A DNA stretch of 64,000 nucleotides from an uncultured Verrucomicrobiae bacterium (GCA_963837955.1 CAWIPH010000002.1:4256001-4320000); one strand, 5' to 3'. Positions 1 to 9,823 are shown, counted from the first letter of the stretch. The notes: generated by a model not told the origin, from the sequence alone. A program made the numbers and translations.

Positions 1-14
1 CATCACTTTTGGCG

Positions 15-644
15 TTATCGACTGAGGTGGATCGGAGTCGCATTAATTGCCGCTCGGACGGAGAAGCGACGAATCACTTGGATCAAACGCGGCTTGGTCG
101 TCTTGTCCGTAAAACGCACCGCGTTACTAGCTGCCAGTCGTCTCAGTTCTCCAAACGTGCGTTTGGCGATTACTTTAGCAAACTCTTCTTCATTCAACCG
201 GCCAAGCTGAATAAACTCCTGTTGCAGCGCAACCTTGTCCTTCCCGCCCGACTCAACCGAAGCTGCCTCGGCAAAGGCGTGTTTCAGGAATTTGCTGGCA
301 GCCGCAGATTTGTCCTGGGCGTGAACTGCTTCGACGAATTCCGATTTGCCTAGACCAAATTCTTCCGCTTTCAACCGCTTCCCACAGATCTCCCGGAGTC
401 CTTTTTTGAGCAGATCGAGGGACAGATGTCTCTTGGCCGAAGGCGAACGAAGCAGCGTCTCAAGAAAAAATTCTCCCGATTTGCGGCTGGCCAAGTAGCT
501 ATCCAGAACCGCGTCGAAATGATCTAGTTCGTCTGCCAATTTCATTGCAGATTTGCCCACGGCAGCCCCTTCAATTTTGGCTGCCTGCTTATTCAGCTTC
601 TCTGCCAGATTCGATAGCCTTGTAGAAAGATCGAGGTAGTTCAT
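15..644 (-). CDS. Hypothetical helical protein, putative ParA partner with C-terminal helix-extension-helix (Rho-N/SAP-like) motif
   Basis: 209 aa ORF whose ATG overlaps the ParA stop (641-644); C-terminal FGELRRLAASNAVRFTDKTTKPRLIQVIRR. Confidence 0.7.
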   Translation of the reverse strand: MNYLDLSTRLSNLAEKLNKQAAKIEGAAVGKSAMKLADELDHFDAVLDSYLASRKSGEFFLETLLRSPSAKRHLSLDLLKKGLREICGKRLKAEEFGLGKSEFVEAVHAQDKSAAASKFLKHAFAEAASVESGGKDKVALQQEFIQLGRLNEEEFAKVIAKRTFGELRRLAASNAVRFTDKTTKPRLIQVIRRFSVRAAINATPIHLSR

Positions 645-1537
645 CGTCTGTTTTGGAAGTGGTTAAGAAAGCGTTGAGCAAGATCGCTATAATCCTGTGC
701 TCCGATGCTTCCGGGAGCATATAAAACGACTGGCAGATGCTCGCTCGTGGATTCGGCTACTCGGACACAATGACGGATATAAGGCTCCAGCAGTGCGGCG
801 TCGCCGTCGACAAATCCTTGTTCGCGGAACGAAGCCAACTCTATCTCCAATTCATTGATCGCCAGGCGGAAGACGTTACCAGTCTGACGATAATGGCTCA
901 CCAACAAAGCGCCGATGTTCGGGCGCTTGCCGCCTCCGATCGAATCCGCGTATCTCTCCCGCATCTCCGCAATGTATTCGGCGAGCACTTGGAAGCCCGA
1001 GAGCGACAGGTAATCCGGCACGTACGGCACTACGCAGTGATCAGCGAAAAAAATCGCGTTTTTGGTTGTGCTATACAGATTGGGCGGACAATCAAAAAAT
1101 ACGTAATCGTAAGCCTGCACATGTTCGGCGATGGCGTGCTCAACCAGTCGGTAAACACTCGGAGCCCGCAGCTCATGAATCCGATCCTCTATTCGGAGCA
1201 GCTCGACCGATGCAGGTAAAAGGTGTAACCGAGGTAAATCCACGAAACCGGTCCAGGTAACGACTCCTTTGACAATCGATTCTTCGAAATTAAAACGGGT
1301 CTTGCCTTGAATCGCGTCATCAAAGATTTGGTAGGTCGAGCGGCGTCCTTTGGCGACATGATCCCGCCAATGATCTGGCCGCATTAGCCAAAGGCTAGAG
1401 TTCGATTGCGGATCAAGATCAACGATCAGAACCTTCTTATCGTGCAGCTTAGCTAAAGTGGCCCCGAGATTGACAACACTCGCAGTTTTGCCGACTCCGC
1501 CCTTGAAATTAATAAAAGCAAGAAGCTTCGCGCTCAT
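641..1537 (-). CDS. ParA/Soj family ATPase (orphan)
   Basis: Deviant Walker A KGGVGKT, DLDPQ, Walker B FFDCPP. Confidence 0.92.
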   Translation of the reverse strand: MSAKLLAFINFKGGVGKTASVVNLGATLAKLHDKKVLIVDLDPQSNSSLWLMRPDHWRDHVAKGRRSTYQIFDDAIQGKTRFNFEESIVKGVVTWTGFVDLPRLHLLPASVELLRIEDRIHELRAPSVYRLVEHAIAEHVQAYDYVFFDCPPNLYSTTKNAIFFADHCVVPYVPDYLSLSGFQVLAEYIAEMRERYADSIGGGKRPNIGALLVSHYRQTGNVFRLAINELEIELASFREQGFVDGDAALLEPYIRHCVRVAESTSEHLPVVLYAPGSIGAQDYSDLAQRFLNHFQNRR

Positions 1538-1702
1538 CCGCTAACCCGTATAACGCTCCCAAAACCCTGATTTGATCAAGTTCTTTCTTGGAACGGCGAC
1601 CCTCTAGGCGCTAAAAACGGCTTTTTTTTGGGTGATTGCCCGATTTTCCGACAATTCGCTACCTCTGAGTTGCGCGGCTTCGTTCTTTCTTCACATTTTG
1701 CG

Positions 1703-2281
1703 ATGGCGATTTCGCGCTACACAAAGGTCACCCAAGAGGATTACGACAGCAAACTCCGGGAGATGGGCAATTACCTTTGGGAACTTGAGCAAGAGGCTGA
1801 TCTGGCGAGCCAACAAGGAGATGAACGCGCGGTTTTAGAGCGTGAAGTCCAGATCCAACGGATCGGCGAAAAGGCCCGCACTTTCTCGCAAATAGCCGGC
1901 CGACACCAGATTTTAGGTTCCTATGTAGCAGGCTTAGCCAACCGCATGGTGCGCCGATGGGAAGCGGCTGCGGATTGCTTTTTTGATGTTTTGGAAGCTG
2001 CACCGACCAACAGCGAGGCGTGGTTAGAGCTGACTTGGTGCCTCGCGGAAATGGATAAATGGGAGGAATGCGAAATGGCTGCTCGCAAAAGCACGGAGCT
2101 TATTCCTAGTTCCGCAGCACCTTGGAGCAACCTGGCAATCGCCCTACAGCACCTCGGCCGCATTGACGAAGCTGAGTCTGCCATAAAGAAAGCGCTGGAA
2201 TTTGAACCCAACGATCTACGGAACCAGGAGATCCTCGCACAGGTGCGAGCAGAAACTAGCCCTGGCGGCGGACCGGAGTAG
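1703..2281 (+). CDS. Tetratricopeptide repeat protein
   Basis: TPR-like segments (AWLELTWCL, PWSNLAIALQHLGRIDEAESAIKKALEFEP); ATG at 1703 preferred over TTG at 1628. Confidence 0.8.
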   Translation: MAISRYTKVTQEDYDSKLREMGNYLWELEQEADLASQQGDERAVLEREVQIQRIGEKARTFSQIAGRHQILGSYVAGLANRMVRRWEAAADCFFDVLEAAPTNSEAWLELTWCLAEMDKWEECEMAARKSTELIPSSAAPWSNLAIALQHLGRIDEAESAIKKALEFEPNDLRNQEILAQVRAETSPGGGPE

Positions 2282-2471
2282 CTTCCGACTTCGCCAATTT
2301 TCTGCGAATTGGTTTAACGCGGCGGTAGGCTTCGTCTGACACGTGCTGCTCCCGGAAACCGCCCAAGATAGATCGAAGCCAAAGAATCCTTGGGCCCGGA
2401 TCCCCTAGTGGCGCGCCGAATCATCCCTGGGCGTCACGCGCCTGCGTATCCGCGTCAACATAAGAGGGTAG

Positions 2472-2667
2472 AGATATGTGCCGAGAGGAGTCGTCCCGGC
2501 CTGTGCGGTGAGGGATCGCGTCCCCGCGATCCGTTGTGGTCGGAGCCAAGCGCCTTTGCATACCAAAGGGCTAAATTGCGTCCCGAGGTTAGAGATCGTC
2601 TTCGCGGCGCGCCGGGGACGCGCGCCCTCCCCGCGTTGGCCGGGACGACTCTGCAGGGCGCATATCT
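2472..2667. repeat. Long imperfect inverted repeat (REPIN/MITE-like)
   Basis: 2488-2526 is the near reverse complement of 2613-2651; outer arms agatatgtgcc / ggcgcatatct. Confidence 0.8.
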
Positions 2668-2779
2668 TTGCTCTTCTGGTGAGCTCCTGCGGGACGCACT
2701 CTCCGGCCGAGCACTTCAGTCGGATTAAACTCAAGTATGCTTCCTGCCGATCTCAATTTCCCAAGCCGCCACCGCATTC

Positions 2780-4078
2780 TCACCGGCTCCCACAGACCTC
2801 AACCGTGGCACGATCGATCGCATCGAGCGCCAAATCGATCTCCGCGGCATTTATGCAGAGCGGTGGCATAAAGACTATTACATCCTGGATTGAACGGGTA
2901 AGGAGCTGAAACTTGCGAGCAGCCAAACAAATTTTCGTGCCCACCCGTTCTCGCGGATCGAACCCGGTTCCATCTGGTCGTCCTACTTCGATTCCCGCGA
3001 TCAATCCGCATTGCCGCACTTCGCGGATCGAACGGTTTCGTTGCAGTTGGGCGAGCCCGCGGGACAACTGCTCCATCTTTGCCGGAAGCTTTGCCAGAGT
3101 CGCTTCCGACTCAAATAATTGCAGATTAGCCAGCGCCGCTGCGCAACCGAGCGCATTCCCAGCGTAGCTGTGGCCATAAAAAAACGTGCGCATTTGCTCG
3201 GCGGCGCCCAAGAATCCCTGAAAGACGCGCTCCGACGTGATCGTGGCCGCTAGTGGCAGATACCCTCCGGTAAGGCCTTTCGCGAGCACCAAGAAATCGG
3301 GAAGAACGCCCTCATGCTGGAAAGCGAACATCTTGCCGGTACGTCCGAAGCCGGTCATGACTTCGTCGAAAATCAAAAGAACGTCATGTTCGTCGCACCA
3401 GTTCCGCAGATGCCGGAGAATGCCTGAAGGCCAGGTCCGCATGCCAGCAGCGCCTTGCAGCAGCGGCTCTATGATGACCCCAGCGGTTTTATCCCCCTCG
3501 AGGCGATCAAGGTCTTCCACCGTGGCGAGGCGTTTGACCGGGAAATGATAGCGGGCAAAGCGATCGTGGAATTGAGCGATTCCGCCAAGACTAGAAGCGC
3601 CGAGCGTGTCTCCGTGGTAAGCGTTCTCAAATGCCGCGAAAGCGGTCTTTTGCGGTTTTCCATTCTGGCTAAAATACTGACAAGTCATCTTAATCGCGAC
3701 CTCAATACCGGTTGAACCGTCATCCGAATAGAACACCCGCGCGAGCCTGGCATCGCCGATCAGTCGAACCAGTCTCTCCGCTAGTCGAACGGCCGGCGGA
3801 TTTGAAAATCCAAGAAATGAAGTATGAGCAACCCGCTGGAGTTGATCGCCGATTGCTTGGTTGATCACTGGATGATTATGACCGTGGATGTTGGTCCAAA
3901 TTGAAGAGTTGCCATCCAGATACTTGTTACCTTGGATGTCATTCAGCCAGACGCCCTTACCCGCGCTGAGCATCAACGGGTGGTGTTCGTCGGCAATCCA
4001 TTCCTCCATCGGCGTAAATGGATGCCAAAGATACCGCTTATCGAGGATTTCGAGATCCTCCGGATCAGACTCCTGCAT
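2780..4078 (-). CDS. bioA: 7,8-diaminopelargonic acid aminotransferase (class III PLP enzyme)
   Basis: WHPFT, YHGDT, DEVMTGFGRTG, KGLTGGYLP, HSYAGN; ATG at 4078 just after the upstream stop. Confidence 0.92.
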   Translation of the reverse strand: MQESDPEDLEILDKRYLWHPFTPMEEWIADEHHPLMLSAGKGVWLNDIQGNKYLDGNSSIWTNIHGHNHPVINQAIGDQLQRVAHTSFLGFSNPPAVRLAERLVRLIGDARLARVFYSDDGSTGIEVAIKMTCQYFSQNGKPQKTAFAAFENAYHGDTLGASSLGGIAQFHDRFARYHFPVKRLATVEDLDRLEGDKTAGVIIEPLLQGAAGMRTWPSGILRHLRNWCDEHDVLLIFDEVMTGFGRTGKMFAFQHEGVLPDFLVLAKGLTGGYLPLAATITSERVFQGFLGAAEQMRTFFYGHSYAGNALGCAAALANLQLFESEATLAKLPAKMEQLSRGLAQLQRNRSIREVRQCGLIAGIEVGRPDGTGFDPRERVGTKICLAARKFQLLTRSIQDVIVFMPPLCINAAEIDLALDAIDRATVEVCGSR

Positions 4079-4079
4079 T

Positions 4080-4340
4080 TCATTCTCCGGATCGAATCTT
4101 AGCCAGCAGCCGATCGGCCCAAACGACATCTTCGTAGGCCGCTCTTCGCCTCTGATACTTTCGAAATAAGACGTCTCGGAATTCCTCCAAATCAGCCGGC
4201 AGCGGTTCGCGATAATAAATCCATTTGGGTTGGTCCGCTCGTTTCGATTGAAATCGCCATTCGCCGCCATGCTTGATCACTCGAACTTCGCGCCGAACTC
4301 CTTCCTCCGTCTTTTGCACCCAGGCGTGGCGGTTATGCAT
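4080..4340 (-). CDS. Small hypothetical protein
   Basis: Protein-like ORF (REVRVIKHGGEWRFQSK...KYQRRRA) abutting the bioA start. Confidence 0.7.
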   Translation of the reverse strand: MHNRHAWVQKTEEGVRREVRVIKHGGEWRFQSKRADQPKWIYYREPLPADLEEFRDVLFRKYQRRRAAYEDVVWADRLLAKIRSGE

Positions 4341-4362
4341 AAAGGCCAACTTTAATTTGCGC

Positions 4363-5292
4363 GTGCATCCAGTCCACGTTAATTCGTCGCTCTTGAGCGC
4401 CGGAGGAAAAATCGTCGGTTATCTTTTGGGCGTAGTGCTGCTCAGCGCACTGCTGGCCCCGCCACTCTACTGGGCAGGAGAAGCGTGCTCTCAAATCACC
4501 GCTTTACACTTTCTCAAAGGAACCGATTTCCAGCGCTACTTTGCCCGCGCCATTCTGCTTTCTGCTTTCTTGCTGCTGTTTCCGGTTGTTCGCTGGATTG
4601 GCCTTAGGAGTTTGCGCGATCTGGGGTTGAGTCGCAATCCTGTTTGGTGGCGAGATGTCGCCGCGGGATTTGTTTTGGCCGGCGCCGTTACTGCCGTGCT
4701 CGGTTTTATCGCGATCCAGTTCGGAATTTATACTTGGAAAAGCCATTTACCTTGGGACCTGGTAGCGCGGGTATTTCCAACGGCACTCATTGTTGCCGTG
4801 GTCGAGGAGTTTTTGTTTCGGGGCGCTATTCTCGGATTGGTTCGTCAATCTATCACCACGGTGCCCGCTATGGTGTTCGTTTCCGCACTTTTCTCTATTG
4901 TTCATTTTCTACGACCCGTAGATGGCCAGATTTTACAAGTCCAGTGGTATTCCGGCTTCGAGCTCCTGGGAAAACTGTTTTCGCGATTCAGCGATCCGCT
5001 GCTTGTCGGTGGGGGCTTCGTGACCCTTTTCGTACTTGGCCTTCTGCTGGCCCATTCCGCAGTCGGGACGCGCTCTCTCTGGTTGCCCATCGGGTTACAT
5101 GCCGGAACGGTGTTTGGAAAAATGAGCTTTAACAAACTCACCAAGCATCTCGCCGAAGCTCCTCCCTGGTTTGGCCCCGAACTAACGATCGGCTTAGGAT
5201 CGGTCGTGACGTTGCTTTTTCTGTGGTTTTTGGTTTGGCTACTCTTCCTGCGCCGTGCTTTTCCTTCGCGAATTCTGTCGGACGGTCACTGA
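4363..5292 (+). CDS. CPBP/CAAX-family intramembrane glutamic endopeptidase
   Basis: EEFLFRG, FSIVH and SLWLPIGLH motifs, many TM segments; start uncertain. Confidence 0.88.
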   Translation: MHPVHVNSSLLSAGGKIVGYLLGVVLLSALLAPPLYWAGEACSQITALHFLKGTDFQRYFARAILLSAFLLLFPVVRWIGLRSLRDLGLSRNPVWWRDVAAGFVLAGAVTAVLGFIAIQFGIYTWKSHLPWDLVARVFPTALIVAVVEEFLFRGAILGLVRQSITTVPAMVFVSALFSIVHFLRPVDGQILQVQWYSGFELLGKLFSRFSDPLLVGGGFVTLFVLGLLLAHSAVGTRSLWLPIGLHAGTVFGKMSFNKLTKHLAEAPPWFGPELTIGLGSVVTLLFLWFLVWLLFLRRAFPSRILSDGH

Positions 5293-5974
5293 CCTGGTCT
5301 ATCCTCACTTTTGCGTGATCTGCCAGACCGGATTAGACGAGGACTGGCTCTGCGCGAATTGCCGAACGACAGCGCAGCGAATCCAACCCCCCTTTTGCCA
5401 AATATGCTCGCGCCCTTTTTCCGGTCTAATCGCGGAACCATTTCGCTGCCCTCATTGCGAAGACCACGCCTTTGCTTTTGATTGCGCGGTATCGGCTTAC
5501 CTAGCGCGGGGCGCTGTCCGCGAACTGATCCATCGCCTGAAATACAATGGACAATTTCATCTTCGAAAAACCATCGCTGACTGGCTTTGGGTCGCCTTCG
5601 CCGACCGGCGAATCGCCACCGAGCCATTCGATGCCATTGTTCCGGTTCCGCTTCACCCCGTTCGCGTCCGAGAAAGGGGATATGATCAGGTCTCTGCTCT
5701 CGGCGAAATTGTTGCGCGGAGGGCAGGAAAACCTTTGCTCAAATGCTTGCGGCGGCAGCGTTACACTCAGACTCAGACGGTGCTGGATCGGAGCAACCGA
5801 GCGAGGAACTTGCACAATGCCTTTGACCTGCGCAAAAGTACGGCCGTGCTTGGAAAGCATATTTTGCTACTCGATGACGTGCTCACTACCGGCACCACCT
5901 TACAAGAATGTGCTAAAGTCCTGCGTTCGGGTGGTGCAGCCTCTGTCCGGGCCGTCACGGTCGCTCGGGGGTAG
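5255..5974 (+). CDS. comF: ComF family phosphoribosyltransferase-like protein
   Basis: N-terminal CxxC pairs, VPVPLH, RGYDQ, LLLDDVLTTGTT. Confidence 0.9.
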   Translation: MLFLREFCRTVTDLVYPHFCVICQTGLDEDWLCANCRTTAQRIQPPFCQICSRPFSGLIAEPFRCPHCEDHAFAFDCAVSAYLARGAVRELIHRLKYNGQFHLRKTIADWLWVAFADRRIATEPFDAIVPVPLHPVRVRERGYDQVSALGEIVARRAGKPLLKCLRRQRYTQTQTVLDRSNRARNLHNAFDLRKSTAVLGKHILLLDDVLTTGTTLQECAKVLRSGGAASVRAVTVARG

Positions 5975-5986
5975 CCCAATCCACTT

Positions 5987-6832
5987 ATGCCAATTTTTCA
6001 AAAGCCCTCCCTCAAATCTGGAACCCAAAAAAAACGCGAAATGCCGGAAGGTCTTTGGCAGAAATGTCCCGATTGCGGAGAGGTGATTCACAACCTGGAA
6101 CTTTCAAAGAATTTGAAAGTCTGTCCTAAGTGCGATCACCATTTCACGCTATCGGCAGCGGAACGCATTCATGACCTTCTGGATCCCGATTCATTCGAAG
6201 AATTCGATGCTAACCTGATATCGAAAGACGTTTTGAAATTCACGGGAGTCGCTGCGTATGCGGATCGCCTAAGCAGCTATCAAGAAAAGACCGGCATGAA
6301 AGATGCCGTGGTTACCGGCTTTGGGCAGATTGAGAAAAGACCAGTCGCCATCGCAGTGATGGACTTTAATTTTCTCGCGGCCACGATGGGGTCGGTTGTG
6401 GGAGAAAAGATCACCAGACTGATTGAGAAAGCGACCCAGGCGAAGCGCCCCGTCATTATTGTGTCAGCGTCCGGTGGAGCACGCATGTACGAAGGAATGT
6501 TAAGTCTCATGCAAATGGCTAAAACGAGTGGCGCTTTGGCTCGCCATGCCGAGGCTGGGTTTCCCTATATTTCCGTGTTAACTCATCCGACCACCGCGGG
6601 CGTCATGGCAAGCTTCGCCTCCCTGGGGGACCTTATCTTGGCCGAGCCGAAGTGCATGGTAGGATTCGCTGGTCCGAGAGTGATTCGCGAGACGACTCAC
6701 CAGGATCTTCCAGCCGGATTTCAAACAGCCGAATTTCTGTGCGATCACGGATTCATCGATCTGATCGTGCGGCGCCCGGATTTGCGCTCAACCATAACGC
6801 AATTGCTCGATTATTTGGGCGAAACTAATTAA
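5987..6832 (+). CDS. accD: Acetyl-CoA carboxylase carboxyltransferase beta subunit
   Basis: WQKCPDC...CPKC zinc ribbon, SGGARM, FAGPRVI. Confidence 0.96.
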   Translation: MPIFQKPSLKSGTQKKREMPEGLWQKCPDCGEVIHNLELSKNLKVCPKCDHHFTLSAAERIHDLLDPDSFEEFDANLISKDVLKFTGVAAYADRLSSYQEKTGMKDAVVTGFGQIEKRPVAIAVMDFNFLAATMGSVVGEKITRLIEKATQAKRPVIIVSASGGARMYEGMLSLMQMAKTSGALARHAEAGFPYISVLTHPTTAGVMASFASLGDLILAEPKCMVGFAGPRVIRETTHQDLPAGFQTAEFLCDHGFIDLIVRRPDLRSTITQLLDYLGETN

Positions 6833-6835
6833 GTT

Positions 6836-8057
6836 GTGTCACCATCTCGCAAGGCGTTGGACGACACACTGAGCTGGCTCTATAGCACCCAGATCCGAGG
6901 GATCAAACTCGGTCTGGAGGGAATCCGAGCTCTAGTTAAAGTTCTCGGAGAACCCCATCAGTCGCTGAGGTTTATTCATGTCGCTGGAACCAACGGAAAG
7001 GGTTCCGTCTGCGCCATGTTGGAGTCAATTTGTCGCAATGCTGGACTGAAAACCGGACTTTTTACTTCACCGCACCTGGTTCGCTATAACGAACGCATTC
7101 AAGTCAACAGGCGCTCTATTCCGGACGAAGAGGCTGTTCGCGGTCTTAACGAAATCCGGACGCTAATCTCAGAGAATGGAATGAACCCGTCGTTTTTTGA
7201 GATTACGACTGCGCTCGCGTTCCTTTACTTCTTCAGATCAAAAGTCGACATCGTAGTGCTGGAAACCGGTTTAGGCGGCCGTCTTGATTCAACCAACATT
7301 GTCACGCCCAACGTTTCTGTCCTGACCGCTATTGATCTCGACCATCAGCAGATTCTGGGAAATTCTGTTGTCGAGATCGCTCGCGAAAAGGCGGGCATCA
7401 TCAAGCAGGGAATTCCGGTCGTTTCGGCACCCCAGACTGCCGAGGTGCGGACCGTCTTCGAAACGATTGCGCAGCAGCGCGGTACCCAAGTTCATTACGC
7501 GGAGTTCCCTTCCCCTCCATTCAATGTCGCCTTACCTGGCTCATACCAACAAGTAAACGCGGCGGTTGCGGTTGAGGCACTCACCAAAGCCGATCTGGCG
7601 ATCTCGCCTCAGGCGGTCAAAACCGGGCTTTCCACTGTCTTCTGGCCCGGACGATTCCATCATGTGGAGCCCAATTTGGTGCTCGATGGTGCGCACAACC
7701 CGGCAGCAAGTTGGCATTTGGTGCAAACATGGAAGGAATGTCACCGCGGGACCTCGCCAACGATAATTTTTGGCGGGATTACTAGATAAAAGCCTCTCCC
7801 AAATGCTCGAGGCCCTATCTCAGATCGCAGCACGCTTTTTCCTGGTACCGGTTCAAAATGATCGATCGGCATCCCCCTACGATCTGAGAACTCCGGATCA
7901 TTTGCCACGAACCGTCTATCCCGACGTCAAAACCGCGATCCAACAAGCAAGAGGGTTGCCGGACCCGATTCTGGTAACGGGCTCACTCTACCTAGTGGGC
8001 GAAGCGCTTGCGTGGATCGATCCTAATTTTGGTACTTTCGAAAAAAGCACGCAATAG
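6836..8057 (+). pseudogene. folC: Folylpolyglutamate synthase/dihydrofolate synthase split by a +1 frameshift (possibly a sequencing error)
   Basis: HVAGTNGKGS, ETGLGGRLD and DGAHN in ORF 6836-7789; C-terminal TGSLYLVGE in ORF 7770-8057; one extra G at 7775-7777. Confidence 0.88.
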
Positions 8058-8091
8058 TTGAAAATTAACACGTAATAACAACTAGTTAGCT

Positions 8092-8439
8092 ATGTCCGTC
8101 TCGAGAGCTATACCAATCCTTCGGCCTGAAGATCAACCGTATATAGCACACGCCGGAAATCAGGCCGGCACGGCCTGCACCTTCGAATTTGCCTCGCCAG
8201 CGCGCGCCAAGTGCATCCCATACGCGTACCTTCAATGTATCGACACTTACGGAGAGAGATTAATCACCCTTCGATACGCATTTGCCGACGTAGAATTGAC
8301 GCTCGGCCGTGAATTTTTAGCGCGACGACAATTCATTGAAGAATTTGCCAATTTTCGCGTGGCGCTCGTACGCGAGGGACGACAAATCGCCATCCGCATT
8401 TCGATGGAGGCGTCATCCGAAAAACCGGAGCTTTTCTAG
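8092..8439 (+). CDS. Hypothetical small beta-rich protein
   Basis: 115 aa ORF filling the gap after an AT-rich upstream stretch. Confidence 0.7.
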   Translation: MSVSRAIPILRPEDQPYIAHAGNQAGTACTFEFASPARAKCIPYAYLQCIDTYGERLITLRYAFADVELTLGREFLARRQFIEEFANFRVALVREGRQIAIRISMEASSEKPELF

Positions 8440-8465
8440 TAGGCGCGCCCTCGATTACGCAGAGC

Positions 8466-9017
8466 TCACGTCGTCGCCTCGCCGCGAACCGGATAGAGTT
8501 CTGTACCCCAACGGTTCATGAGAGCATTGTTGACCGCCCAACGCACGATCGGATGTCGGACGGCACCAAAGAATTGCCGCCAGGGCGAATACTCTTCGAT
8601 GCCAGAACTGAGGTGTTCCGCGTTTAATTGGATTCGCGCCAAAAGCGTGTCTGCGCGCAACTCAACTCCCTCGGCGACCGCATGAAACGATTCGCTGGTC
8701 GATTCGGCCACCAGCAAGCAATAGCAAATCAACTTCCCGATCGTCAAAGCGCTTGCGCAGCCGGGTTCAGCCAGCCGCTTCTGATCGAGAACCTGGGAAA
8801 AATTTTCGGGCGTAATCTCTCTGCAATTCCACTTGTCGCAGGTGTCCATTCTGGCCACGGGGAAGCGGGCGTGGTCAATCAACTCAAACAACTCCCAACG
8901 AATCTCAGGGTAAGGCGGTTCGGCAAAATTATACGGATAATTGAGTCGTAGCTCTCGCAGCGCAAGTATCTCGTCGGCGCTTAGCGCTCTCTTTGCGGTC
9001 TCCGACGAGTGCTGCAT
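8466..9017 (-). CDS. Hypothetical protein, paralogue of 9893..10330
   Basis: Strong RBS (aaggggaga) before ATG; shares T.ENF, YCL and RH..VR.AV.NA..NRWG motifs with 9893..10330. Confidence 0.8.
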   Translation of the reverse strand: MQHSSETAKRALSADEILALRELRLNYPYNFAEPPYPEIRWELFELIDHARFPVARMDTCDKWNCREITPENFSQVLDQKRLAEPGCASALTIGKLICYCLLVAESTSESFHAVAEGVELRADTLLARIQLNAEHLSSGIEEYSPWRQFFGAVRHPIVRWAVNNALMNRWGTELYPVRGEATT

Positions 9018-9088
9018 TTTCTCCCTTTTGAGCGCCTCTCAGCAACAGCCAGGCTCACTGCGAGAATCAGTGCGCGAGCTTGTCAAGC

Positions 9089-9823
9089 CTACTTAGCCAG
9101 AGCTGCGCCGTTGCTCCGGCCCCGTTTCTTTTTCTCTTTAATCTCAAAGGCAAGCGAAAGTACCCTTCGGTACTTGGCTTGCCCGACAGCAACCAAACGA
9201 ATCCCGAGGTCGGTCTTTTCGTTGATTTCATGTAAAGCTCGATCAATGGCGCGTTGTTTGAGATTAGGCCAATGGACTAAACACTTCTCGCTGACGATGT
9301 TGCCCTGGGCATCAAGAACCTCGTCAACTCCTAGGACCTTGCGAATTTTTGGGATGGAAATTCGCTTTAGTCCCACGTTGCGCCATTTCCATGCCCATTC
9401 GTAAAGACGAATCGAGTACTGACTTGCCAGCTTCACCGATGAGCGCTCTGCATCCTCCTTCTGGTGGTCTTTCAGGCGCTCAAAATGCCGATGCAGGCCG
9501 GGGTCGATATGCAAAATCATCTTTTTTTCGATCATTGTAATAGCGCTTAGCCATCGCGCATACAGCACCGAGTTCTGCTTGTCTCCATTATGGAGAACCA
9601 GTCGATGATAAGTAAGCAGCTTCAGTGCTGCAGATTGGAGGTCGAAATCATCAAATTCGAACGCGGTGACTCCCGGCTTCAACCGATCAACGATCGACAT
9701 CACGATGCTGCGTTCGTTCTTTGTCAGCTTATAATACGCCTCAATTAGGTCGTCACCGAAACCGAGCTGATCATCACGATCCGGTAGTGGTAACGTTCCG
9801 AAAACTTTGTTGTACTTACGCAC
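9089..9823 (-). CDS. Rep_3 (RepB/RepA winged-helix) replication initiator-like protein
   Basis: DLIEAYYKLTKNE, SQYSIRLYE, IRKVLGV, NLKQRAIDRALHEINEKTDL motifs; GTG at 9823 avoids overlap with the divergent gene (ORF is open to 9919). Confidence 0.85.
   Translation of the reverse strand: MRKYNKVFGTLPLPDRDDQLGFGDDLIEAYYKLTKNERSIVMSIVDRLKPGVTAFEFDDFDLQSAALKLLTYHRLVLHNGDKQNSVLYARWLSAITMIEKKMILHIDPGLHRHFERLKDHQKEDAERSSVKLASQYSIRLYEWAWKWRNVGLKRISIPKIRKVLGVDEVLDAQGNIVSEKCLVHWPNLKQRAIDRALHEINEKTDLGIRLVAVGQAKYRRVLSLAFEIKEKKKRGRSNGAALAK

Noticed and set aside
2390..2909. Overlapping ORFs in the TPR-bioA gap
   Set aside because: Arg/Pro/Gly-rich translations of a GC-rich inverted repeat with no protein motifs
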